From: Patescibacteria group bacterium
GTDB lineage: Bacteria; Patescibacteriota; Patescibacteriia; UBA10025; JAHIVO01
Reading direction: 5' to 3'
Assembly: GCA_028718605.1 (NCBI GenBank)
Contig: JAQULM010000001.1
Span: forward strand, 337,073-401,072
DNA: 64,000 nt
The position numbers and the translations under genes are program-made. This document shows, piece after piece, positions 55,683 to 64,000 of this stretch. Positions within the stretch are counted from its first letter, which is position 1, and each line of letters opens with the position of its first letter. Below the pieces are notes generated by a model. That model was not told the DNA's origin. It made no database searches and was given only the letters and a program-made list of their open reading frames with translations.

Positions 55683-57779
55683 CTAGAGCGGCCGGCATTC
55701 AATTTTCGTCACCCTGCCAGATGCATCCACCGATATATCCGTAAGGAAGTGCCCGGTTGGGCACGTTTGCGTCGAATTCCCAGGAAAAGGATTAATCCCA
55801 TCGCCAAGAGTGTCTCCTACGGTTTCTCCGCCCCACACATTATTCTGTGCGCTCAGATCACCATCCGCGATAAAGCCCATCCCGACTGTCGCCGACCCAT
55901 CGATCGAGAAAGAGCCTTTCTGCTCAGTGAGCGGATCAATGTTCTGGAGAGTGAGTGTTCCACTCAAATCCGTGGTGCCATACCCAACGCCTGAGTACCT
56001 CTTCGTCAGCCCGGTTGGTCCCGAAACCCAGAGAGACGATCCGTCAAAGCGCATACCCGTTGGGCTGAACCCGAGTGAAAATGTCTCCCGATCATTCGGA
56101 TCGGCGGCCTTGAGCGCTGAAAGCGTCCCGGTGCCTGCATCCGCAGTCCAAATATGCACGCCGTCAAAGGCGATCGCAACGGGCGAATCACTAGTGGCGA
56201 ACGACCCATACGGAACCGGGACCGGGAAACACCCGCCGAGATCCTCACTGCTTCCGCCGACACAGTCGGAATTGACCGCGCATGATTTCCAGTCGAGCGT
56301 AGAAGGATCTTTCAGGGAGCATATCCTGCTCCCAGAAAGGTAAAATCGCGTCACTGAATCGTCAGCCCCATTGGTAACCCAGTAATACGCATTGTCATAA
56401 AAAATATCAGTCGGGCTATTGCCGATGACATTCTGGTAGATTGCCGCATCGGCCGACGAAGGGTTGAGCGCAACGACATACCCACCGTCATCGCCTGACG
56501 CGATTGCGTACAGCATATCGCCATTATAAATAATTCGGCCAACCTGCACGTCTTCAGGGGTAACCTCAACGATTCCCCCTGCGACAAGCCCGCAGTTTGG
56601 CGTATCCGCATCGTAGCGGATTTTTACGATCACCCCTTCACCGGTATCTGCCGTCGCCGTTACCCAGTAAAAACGGTTTAATTCGTGATCTTGCACCGTA
56701 CCCTGGCCGCTGAATGCGATTCCACGAGGATCTGACACGGAAATCGATGTTAGGTCAAGCGAGCAGCGTACATCACCTGACACCGGATCGATTCTGCGTA
56801 CGGTATTATCCGCAGCAACTGCCCAGAGGGCGGTGCCATCATAGATCACGTCTGCCACTTCCCCGCCAAATGAAACATCGAGGAGAGAAAAACCATCGGG
56901 AACCCGTACCTTCATAAGCGTATTCCCTCGGCTCAGCCACACGTTGGTACCATCGTAGTAGCGTACCGTGTTCGGGCCAATCGTAAGATCCATGAGCTCT
57001 TGGCCAACAGTATAGGAGACCATGGAACTCTGGAGCTGTGTCGGGACAAATTTCGCGCCCACCACATCACGCGACGACTCGAGGAGTCCCCCAAAATAAC
57101 CGGCCCATAAGCCAGCGGTATTCTCATTCGTGCCATAGATAGCATACCCACTGTCGCTGAATGCACCGATTGCACTGTATAAATATCCAGTGTTTTCGCC
57201 CGACACCGGTGTGTTCAGGGGATTCACTGCCCAAATGCCATAATTATCCTCCCCATATGCCACTCCCCGAACTCCGGATTCCGTTCCAGTTCCCTTTATT
57301 GCCTCAGTTTCGGTACTCTCAGCATGCACGCCTTCCCCCGCCGCATTATCAACCGTCATCGGGCCGCCACTCACCTCTAGTTTGCTCCCGTCGAGCCCTA
57401 AGCACGGGCCGATACAAACCCGATTTGCCTCTGGGTCAACATATAAGGTATCACCGCTCTCGCTCACCTTCAGCTTCTGATCAATGATGGCTTGATTGAT
57501 CTGGGCGCCTTCCCCTTGGACCTCAAGCTGGTATTTAAATGGTCCCGATGCATCGTTGGTGCCGAGCCGAAGCGCGCCAGTCTTCACCTGATTGTCATCC
57601 CCGATCGTGATATACGGAACAGTGTTATCTCCAGGCGGGGCAGCAGTTGGGGTATCCAGCGCAGCAGATACGCCCACGGCGATTGACAGCCCAAGTACGC
57701 CGAAACAAAAAAATAGGCAAAAATATGCCGATCTATTGATTTTTTGCCTATTCTTCATTAGAAAATGCACACCTTTCAC
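55683..57779 (-). CDS. secreted fibre/beta-propeller adhesin-like protein (paralog 1)
   Basis: Signal-like N-terminus, P..APP.DN..PYI..G...Q.KTG.L, WAGYF, YDG/FDG..W repeats and a C-terminal CPTGHFL..I..IECRPL cap. Confidence 0.8.
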   Translation of the reverse strand: MKGVHFLMKNRQKINRSAYFCLFFCFGVLGLSIAVGVSAALDTPTAAPPGDNTVPYITIGDDNQVKTGALRLGTNDASGPFKYQLEVQGEGAQINQAIIDQKLKVSESGDTLYVDPEANRVCIGPCLGLDGSKLEVSGGPMTVDNAAGEGVHAESTETEAIKGTGTESGVRGVAYGEDNYGIWAVNPLNTPVSGENTGYLYSAIGAFSDSGYAIYGTNENTAGLWAGYFGGLLESSRDVVGAKFVPTQLQSSMVSYTVGQELMDLTIGPNTVRYYDGTNVWLSRGNTLMKVRVPDGFSLLDVSFGGEVADVIYDGTALWAVAADNTVRRIDPVSGDVRCSLDLTSISVSDPRGIAFSGQGTVQDHELNRFYWVTATADTGEGVIVKIRYDADTPNCGLVAGGIVEVTPEDVQVGRIIYNGDMLYAIASGDDGGYVVALNPSSADAAIYQNVIGNSPTDIFYDNAYYWVTNGADDSVTRFYLSGSRICSLKDPSTLDWKSCAVNSDCVGGSSEDLGGCFPVPVPYGSFATSDSPVAIAFDGVHIWTADAGTGTLSALKAADPNDRETFSLGFSPTGMRFDGSSLWVSGPTGLTKRYSGVGYGTTDLSGTLTLQNIDPLTEQKGSFSIDGSATVGMGFIADGDLSAQNNVWGGETVGDTLGDGINPFPGNSTQTCPTGHFLTDISVDASGRVTKIECRPL

Positions 57780-57900
57780 GGTATGTTACATTACCTAAAA
57801 ATAGAATTGTACCCCCACGATTGCCACGAGGAGAAGCCGTTTGACAAAACAGCTGTTTGCTACAATAATTAATGTACACGTCAGGCGTTTGAGTGTAATC

Positions 57901-57930
57901 ATTGTACCATATTTTTGGGCCAAATGTCAA
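57901..57930 (-). promoter_or_regulatory. sigma70 promoter of the adhesin/pilM transcript
   Basis: TTGACA-18 nt-TACAAT with extended -10 TG. Confidence 0.65.
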
Positions 57931-58448
57931 TCAACGAAAAAATCGAAAAAACACCTACCGAGCAGCGCCTTAAGTATGCTATGCTTGGGTCCCTTATCAT
58001 TGTAACGTTGGTTGTCGGCGTCAGCCTTGCGAGCTATTACTACGGGAAACGGGCGACCTCAGAACTCGCGAAGTCCCCCATCCCGGTCATTGACGTTTCG
58101 ACAGTCTCAAAACAGCGTGTCCTCGGCGCGGCGATGTATAGTTGGCAGGGAACGGTTGTCGAACGAAACGGTTCAGCATTGAGCTTCAAGGCCTCTACAA
58201 AAAATGATGATGGGTCTCCGAGGGAAGCAAACCTCATCGCAACGATAAATGATGCCACGGAGCTCCTCCAATGGAATCTCACGACGTCCGCCGCACCAAG
58301 CCAAAACACAAGCACGAAGCAGCCAATCTCGCTCGATGATATCAACCCGGGTGTACAAGTCCTCGTCCAAGCAACAAATGATGCCAACAGCGATGGCGAA
58401 GTCCAGGCAGAAAGAATTTTAGTGCTCACAACGCCAACGGCCCCATAA
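57924..58448 (+). CDS. membrane-anchored hypothetical protein (OB-fold/DUF5666-like beta region)
   Basis: N-terminal TM; G.VV...G, ISLDDI.PG..V.V and AERI.V. Confidence 0.65.
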   Translation: MSINEKIEKTPTEQRLKYAMLGSLIIVTLVVGVSLASYYYGKRATSELAKSPIPVIDVSTVSKQRVLGAAMYSWQGTVVERNGSALSFKASTKNDDGSPREANLIATINDATELLQWNLTTSAAPSQNTSTKQPISLDDINPGVQVLVQATNDANSDGEVQAERILVLTTPTAP

Positions 58449-58502
58449 TCACCCCCTGTTAACCATCGTAACATTTATTACTATTAATCATTATTAAAAA
58501 GT

Positions 58503-59060
58503 ATGGGAACAACGACAATCATCATTCTCGTCGCCATCGTAGCCGTCGTACTGTGGTTCATCGCAGTCTACAACGGCCTCATCAAGCTCAGGAACCAGAC
58601 CGATGAAGCATGGTCAGACATCGACGTCCAGCTCAAACGGCGATATGACCTCATTCCGAATCTCGTAGAAACCGTAAAAGGCTATGCAAAACACGAACGC
58701 GAACTTTTTGAAAAAGTTACGCAAGCGCGATCCGCAGCGATGGGTGCGCAAAGCATCGAGGAAAAAGGCAAGGCTGAAGACATGCTGTCTGGCACTCTCA
58801 AGAGCCTTTTCGCGATTGCGGAGAATTACCCGCAGCTACGTGCAAATGAAAACTTCCTGAAACTGCAGGACGAGCTCTCGGATACCGAGAACAAAATCCA
58901 GGCAGCGCGCAGATTCTACAACGGAAACGTCAGGGATTTCAATACGAAGATCCAGGTTTTCCCGAATAACATGATCGCCGGGATGCTTGGATTCAAGAAA
59001 TATGAATTCTTCCAGCTCGAAGAAGCCGCGGCAAAAGAACCGGTCAAGGTACAGTTCTAA
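58503..59060 (+). CDS. lemA: LemA family protein
   Basis: YNGL..LRN..EAWSDIDVQLKRRYDLIPNLVETVKGYA, ENYPQL.AN and RRFYN. Confidence 0.96.
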   Translation: MGTTTIIILVAIVAVVLWFIAVYNGLIKLRNQTDEAWSDIDVQLKRRYDLIPNLVETVKGYAKHERELFEKVTQARSAAMGAQSIEEKGKAEDMLSGTLKSLFAIAENYPQLRANENFLKLQDELSDTENKIQAARRFYNGNVRDFNTKIQVFPNNMIAGMLGFKKYEFFQLEEAAAKEPVKVQF

Positions 59061-59127
59061 TATTTTTCTACTGGCGTAATAACCATCCCAGCGCGCCCTC
59101 TCGTACGGTGCGCTGGGTTCGAAACAA

Positions 59128-60018
59128 ATGGCTACAATCTACACTCACATCGCTGCAAGCAAACGCCGCTCTCTCATACTCCTTCTCTGCACCTTTGCTG
59201 TCCTCATCGCGATCGGATATACGATTGATTATGTCGAAGGAAGCGGCGGATACTTCTGGGTATTCATTGCATTCATATATGCCCTTATGAGTGCCCTTAT
59301 CGGCTACTACTCTGGAGATAAAATCGCTCTCTGGACCTCAGGGGCAACGCCGGTTACGAAAGAACAGAATGCATACGTAGTGCGGATGGTTGAAAATCTG
59401 GCAATCACGGCTGGCCTACCGATGCCAAAAGTGTATATAATCCCCGACGACGATATCAACGCGTTTGCGGCTGGGCGGGATCCGCAGCATGCCTCTGTCG
59501 CAATCACGCAGGGCGCGATCCAGAAACTGCAGAATGAGGAGCTCGAAGGCGTGATCGCACATGAGCTGTCGCACGTCGGAAATTATGACATCCGGTACAT
59601 GACACTCGTCATCGTTCTCGTCGGCACGATCATGATGCTCTCGGATATCTTCTGGAGAACAAGATTTATTGGCGGCAGGCGCAGCGGCGGGAGTAACCGG
59701 GGCAACGCCGGGGGAATCCTGCTCATTATCGGCCTCGCACTCCTTATACTATCGCCGATTGTCGCACAGCTTATACGCATGGCGATTTCCAGAAAGCGTG
59801 AATACCTCGCAGATGCATCAAGCGCTCTTCTGACGCGATACCCTGAGGGCCTCGCCCGGGCGCTTGAAAAAATCCGCGACCAGGGAGCGCGCATAGAACG
59901 GGCTACCAACTCAACCGCGCACCTCTACATCGCAAACCCGATGTCAAAAGGCTTAAGCGGGCTTTTCTCGACCCACCCACCGATTGATAAACGAATCGCA
60001 GCGCTCCGGCAAATGTAA
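59128..60018 (+). CDS. htpX: M48 zinc metalloprotease HtpX
   Basis: NAFA.G, HELSH zinc motif, SRKREYLAD and FSTHPP. Confidence 0.95.
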   Translation: MATIYTHIAASKRRSLILLLCTFAVLIAIGYTIDYVEGSGGYFWVFIAFIYALMSALIGYYSGDKIALWTSGATPVTKEQNAYVVRMVENLAITAGLPMPKVYIIPDDDINAFAAGRDPQHASVAITQGAIQKLQNEELEGVIAHELSHVGNYDIRYMTLVIVLVGTIMMLSDIFWRTRFIGGRRSGGSNRGNAGGILLIIGLALLILSPIVAQLIRMAISRKREYLADASSALLTRYPEGLARALEKIRDQGARIERATNSTAHLYIANPMSKGLSGLFSTHPPIDKRIAALRQM

Positions 60019-60067
60019 GTGATAATGTGCAAGGAACCCATCCAGTTCGATTAATCAAGTTAAAACC

Positions 60068-60205
60068 ATGACACCCGAAAAACCTGAACTCGAAACAGAG
60101 GTAGTTACGAAAGTTGCGACATCGACAAAGATTGCACTTGGCATCGCGATTGTCGCTGGCGTCGGTGCTGTTATTGCGATCACGTTCGGATTGTTCAGTT
60201 CGTAA
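60068..60205 (+). CDS. 45-aa C-terminally anchored small membrane protein (not in ORF track)
   Basis: MTPEKPELETEVVTKVATSTKIALGIAIVAGVGAVIAITFGLFSS*. Confidence 0.55.
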   Translation: MTPEKPELETEVVTKVATSTKIALGIAIVAGVGAVIAITFGLFSS

Positions 60206-60273
60206 CTCCACTATCGCGGAATCGCGCAGTAAAATGTTTGGCTCTTCTTTTCGGCGAACGGTTTGCCTAACGA

Positions 60274-60302
60274 TTGACAAAACCACGTTTTTTTGCTAAA
60301 AT
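60274..60302 (+). promoter_or_regulatory. sigma70 promoter
   Basis: TTGACA-17 nt-TAAAAT with extended -10 TG. Confidence 0.7.
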
Positions 60303-60332
60303 AAAGCCATACAATAACAAAAAACAAAAACT

Positions 60333-63158
60333 ATGGACACAAAAAACGGGATTACCCAGTGGCTCGCGCAAGCACGGCAAGCTGGTCTTAGTAATGAGCA
60401 AATCTCGGGGCAGTTAAAAGCTGCGGGCTGGAGTACCGAGCAGATCAACCAAACGCTCCATCCTCTTCCGCTCATACCATCTGCGCATGATATTGCCGAG
60501 CATATCAGCCCAACAAAATCCCGAAAGCGCATTTCAAAAAAAACTGCGGTTTTAGTATCTGTCGGGGCGTTTGTGCTGCTGCTCATCGGCGGTGGCGTTT
60601 TTGCGTACATGAAAGGATACCTGCCGCTGCCATTCCTGTCGAAAGACGCGCAAGACCTGCTCATGAAATCATTCACCAAGCTCGGGCAGGCAAAGAGCGG
60701 CGAAGTCGGGTTCACGTTTGAAGTTGTGGCCGAAGACCGCGCCGAAGGGCTCGAACCAATCGCCATGGAAAATTCATCGGAGGACACGCCCAGCGAAAAA
60801 GCCTCACAAAATGCGCAGCTGAACTCCGATGCTTCGCAAATACGGACCGGGCTCGTCTTGTACGCGGACGACAATCAATCTACCTACCCCGCAACGTTGG
60901 CCCCACTCGCACCGGCTTATTTATCGAAGCTTCCCACGCAACCGGACAACAAACCATTCGTGTACACGGTCGCGGCTGACAAAAAATCATACACGCTCTC
61001 GTTCAGTTGCGTCACGGGTGACGTCAAAACCGGAACATTTGACAGCGAGGGTAACTCAACAATGTGCACGTCCTCTAGTGACACGGCCTTTGACGTCTCA
61101 ATGCTTTCCTATGTTGATGAATTGGTGAATGCCCTGCCGACCGACCTTCGGATATTCGGTGATATTACAGTATTCATGAATTACGCAAAGGATGCAAAAG
61201 AGGAACAGCAGGGCATCGTTACGGCAAAAGGAGGCTACAGCTCAAGCGGCATGACAGTAAGCATTGACGGAGAAGTCCGAATCAAGAACGGAAAAACGTA
61301 TGCAATCATACGAGAATTTCCGAGCTTCTTCATGGCGGATATCAGCGCTATCAGCAACAAATGGATTGAATATGACCCGGATGAAAACTCCTCCTTAGAC
61401 TCGTTCGATTTCCAGGATATTACAAACAGTTTCACTTCCGGGCTGCCTGCGATGGAGGACGAAAACGTGAAAAACAAACTGAAAGCGGAAATCGTCCCCC
61501 TTACAACCACCGCGTTTGATACCGGATTATTCACCGCAGTACGCGATGGATCAGAAACGCTGAATAACCATCCGACACATAAAGTAAAAATCACAATAGA
61601 TCCGAGTAAAATTCCCGCATTCGCAGAAAAATACCGCGCAGGCGCAAAAGAACGTAACGCTGATCTCTCGAGTGATGCCCTGAAGCCTATCACCAAGGTC
61701 ATCGATGCGATGAATAAGCCGGAAGTTATCACACAGCTCACGGAATTTTTTAAGAACGTACATCTGACCGCATGGATCGACCAATCGGGAAATGACATGC
61801 GTAAGCTTACCGCGACCGTCATCATCGTTCCCCCGGATAAATACGAAAAGTTCAATGAAAAACAGGTCCGTTTCACGATCGGCTTCACGTTCGACCATCT
61901 CGGCGAGCAGCCCTCGGTCGACGTGCCGAACGATACCATATCGGCCGATGAAGCTGAGCGGCTTCTGAGCGGAAAAACGGTTGAAGAACAACAGTTCGAG
62001 AAGCAGCGCCGCGCCGTGGACAGCATCCGATCAGCGCTCGGTCAGTACTATCAGATAAAACAAACGTACCCGGAGAATCTCAACGACCTGCTCGAAAACA
62101 GGCCCGCTGCGACGAACAGCAACACAAACTCCAACAATTTCTACAGCGCAAAAAAAACAGTACCGACTGATGCGTATTCGAGTAAATCATTCGCCTACGC
62201 TTCAACGGGCAGCGATTATACCCTGACCTATACTATAAAATTTCCCACGGGGACGTCTGAAAACTCGTACACCCTCGACTATTACAAAGGAATGTATGTG
62301 GACGGGACGAACACGGCCACTAAAAATTTCCTCTCAAAAGAAGCAGAGGCCAACAAGGATAGCGATAACGACGGCCTTTCTGATACCGAAGAAACACGGT
62401 ATGGGACAAACAAGTATTTGAGAGACACGGATGGCGACGGGTACACAGACAAGGAGGAAATTGATGCTGGCTACGATCCACTGACAAGGTCCTCCAGCAG
62501 CAGCAGCAACGTCAACACCACCGTCCCCCTAACAGCTCTGCCCGAAGCATATCTCAATACCCAAAACCACCATTACCCTGAATCATCCGGAACGGTCAAC
62601 ATCCCAATATCACTCACCACGTCCTCATCAGAGGACGTTTCTGTAGAATACAACATCGTCGGCGGCGAAGCGACGAATGCGGTAGATTATTCATTGCCCG
62701 TGCACGGAACCGTCACTATTCCTGCCAACGCAAAGGAAGCCCAGTTAAGCTTTCAAATTATCGACGATACTGACGTTGAGGCAGGTGAAAGTATTATTAT
62801 TGAGCTGGTGGATGCTGAAAATGCTCAGGTTATCCGATCGAATAAACAATACCGAAAAACAATTATCATTGAAACAAGTGATGGCCCGGAACCGTATTGC
62901 ACCGATTCAGACGGTGGCAATGTCTACGATGTGTTCGGTGAAGTCAAGTATTTTGTATACGGTCATAACGAAGAATGGTCATTTCCTGATACATGCCGGG
63001 AGGAAAAAAATGGTACAAACGTAACGAGCGGGCAATATATCGTTGAACAAAATTGCTACGGATCACAGGGATCCAACCAACCCAATACATCCGGATCAGC
63101 GAGCATCGTAGAATGCCCCGGCGGTTGTTTAAATGGTGTCTGCGCAGGCAAGGATTAG
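60333..63158 (+). CDS. membrane-anchored mosaic surface protein (two pilin-head-like domains, Ca-binding D-rich repeats, Calx-beta-like, Cys-rich C-terminus)
   Basis: TM near the N-terminus; SDASQIRTGLVLYADD..YP; IRSALGQYY...YP; DSDNDGLSD.EE/DTDGDGYTD.EE; V.Y....G.AT..VDY...IIDD..VE..E; CTDSDGG...CPGGCLNGVC. Confidence 0.85.
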   Translation: MDTKNGITQWLAQARQAGLSNEQISGQLKAAGWSTEQINQTLHPLPLIPSAHDIAEHISPTKSRKRISKKTAVLVSVGAFVLLLIGGGVFAYMKGYLPLPFLSKDAQDLLMKSFTKLGQAKSGEVGFTFEVVAEDRAEGLEPIAMENSSEDTPSEKASQNAQLNSDASQIRTGLVLYADDNQSTYPATLAPLAPAYLSKLPTQPDNKPFVYTVAADKKSYTLSFSCVTGDVKTGTFDSEGNSTMCTSSSDTAFDVSMLSYVDELVNALPTDLRIFGDITVFMNYAKDAKEEQQGIVTAKGGYSSSGMTVSIDGEVRIKNGKTYAIIREFPSFFMADISAISNKWIEYDPDENSSLDSFDFQDITNSFTSGLPAMEDENVKNKLKAEIVPLTTTAFDTGLFTAVRDGSETLNNHPTHKVKITIDPSKIPAFAEKYRAGAKERNADLSSDALKPITKVIDAMNKPEVITQLTEFFKNVHLTAWIDQSGNDMRKLTATVIIVPPDKYEKFNEKQVRFTIGFTFDHLGEQPSVDVPNDTISADEAERLLSGKTVEEQQFEKQRRAVDSIRSALGQYYQIKQTYPENLNDLLENRPAATNSNTNSNNFYSAKKTVPTDAYSSKSFAYASTGSDYTLTYTIKFPTGTSENSYTLDYYKGMYVDGTNTATKNFLSKEAEANKDSDNDGLSDTEETRYGTNKYLRDTDGDGYTDKEEIDAGYDPLTRSSSSSSNVNTTVPLTALPEAYLNTQNHHYPESSGTVNIPISLTTSSSEDVSVEYNIVGGEATNAVDYSLPVHGTVTIPANAKEAQLSFQIIDDTDVEAGESIIIELVDAENAQVIRSNKQYRKTIIIETSDGPEPYCTDSDGGNVYDVFGEVKYFVYGHNEEWSFPDTCREEKNGTNVTSGQYIVEQNCYGSQGSNQPNTSGSASIVECPGGCLNGVCAGKD

Positions 63159-63176
63159 TTAATCAACATTTGATTC

Positions 63177-64000
63177 ATGGATCATCGTGAACTATTACAC
63201 TGGCTCCGGGAAGCTCGCGCGCAGGGGCTTTCCGACATGGACATCCAGCGGCACCTCCACGATGCCGGCCTCTCCCATAGGCAAATCAATATCCTCCTCG
63301 TCAACGGGTACGTCCCGATCGGCGAGAGCGAATCAATGCTGGATACCGTCGAGGTAGAGCGCGCTCTAACCCTTCCCCAGGCACGTATCATTTTCCGGGA
63401 GTCCTCCAAAATTTTCAAACAGCGGGCGGGAACATTCATGGCCATTTCGTTCTTTTTTGCTATCCCCTTCGTTCTGATGTTAACTATTTGCGCGCTTGTA
63501 TTGAGCTCCCTTTTCAGCACATCCGGCGACACAACCGGGTACAGCACGCTTGATCTCACCGATGGAACGCTCATTGTCCTGCTTGGACTGGCCGTGGGAA
63601 CCGGAATCATTGGTAGCTTCATAGTTGCGTGGTTTCAGAGCGCTATCACGATGGTCATCACCAACCCCGGCGGAGCGCAAACCCACGGCACAATTATCAA
63701 AAAATCATGGCGCCATATCCGTTCCGTCTGGTTGACCGTGCTCCTCGCAACGGCAGTAGCAATCGGCGGTACGGTGCTCGCCGTTATCCCTGGTATTGTG
63801 TTTGCGGTGGAATATGCGTTTGTAATATTTATTGCGATAACCGATGGCGTCGGGGGTTCGAAGGCGCTTATGGCAAGCAGACACTATTCACGACGCGCCA
63901 TCCTCCCTCTTATGAGCAGATTTGGAATCCTCCTTGTGCCGCTTGTTGCGCTTGTTAGCCTGCTGGGATGCGGAACGGCTTCATTATCCTCGCATATTTC
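63177..64000 (+). CDS. partial multi-TM membrane protein (runs off window)
   Basis: ATG at 63177 opens MDHRELLHWLREARAQGLSDMDIQRHLHDAG..., followed by several hydrophobic segments. Confidence 0.7.
   Translation, partial: MDHRELLHWLREARAQGLSDMDIQRHLHDAGLSHRQINILLVNGYVPIGESESMLDTVEVERALTLPQARIIFRESSKIFKQRAGTFMAISFFFAIPFVLMLTICALVLSSLFSTSGDTTGYSTLDLTDGTLIVLLGLAVGTGIIGSFIVAWFQSAITMVITNPGGAQTHGTIIKKSWRHIRSVWLTVLLATAVAIGGTVLAVIPGIVFAVEYAFVIFIAITDGVGGSKALMASRHYSRRAILPLMSRFGILLVPLVALVSLLGCGTASLSSHI

Noticed and set aside
36099-55702. Inserted domains as inteins or introns
   Set aside because: No C/S...HN splice junctions or endonuclease motifs were seen; the inserts are in-frame extracellular repeat domains.
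47349-57779. Prophage tail-fibre genes
   Set aside because: The proteins carry signal-like N-termini, and no capsid, terminase, integrase or other phage genes are nearby.

Overview
This bacterial chromosomal window most likely comes from a Patescibacteria/CPR (Parcubacteria-type) organism. That assignment is inferred from the gene repertoire, the lack of pilQ, the orphan receiver proteins and the GWAW..GWI repeat protein. The left end carries housekeeping genes (rpe, rpiB, tRNA-Pro, ndk, gatA/gatC, ligA) and the right end carries lemA-htpX and surface or membrane proteins. The middle ~48 kb (9.9-57.8 kb, almost all minus strand) is one type IV pilus (T4P) super-locus. It holds three paralogous fibre/beta-propeller adhesin-like genes, a 3742-aa mosaic surface protein, pilM-pilN-pilO-Fn3-pilB-RR-pilC, and a major pilin with a long structured leader. 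It continues with an AT-rich wzm/wzt + methyltransferase + GT2 glycan cassette ending in a GT2/O-antigen-ligase-like/TPR fusion, then further pilins, pilD and minor pilins. The main points of interest are a probable pilin/adhesin O-glycosylation system embedded among the pilin genes, nested insertion of whole domains into loops of conserved motifs, a PilN with two PilM-binding motifs, pilin head domains inside a non-pilin protein, and several unexplained structured non-coding regions. All calls are by motif recognition; no database searches were run.
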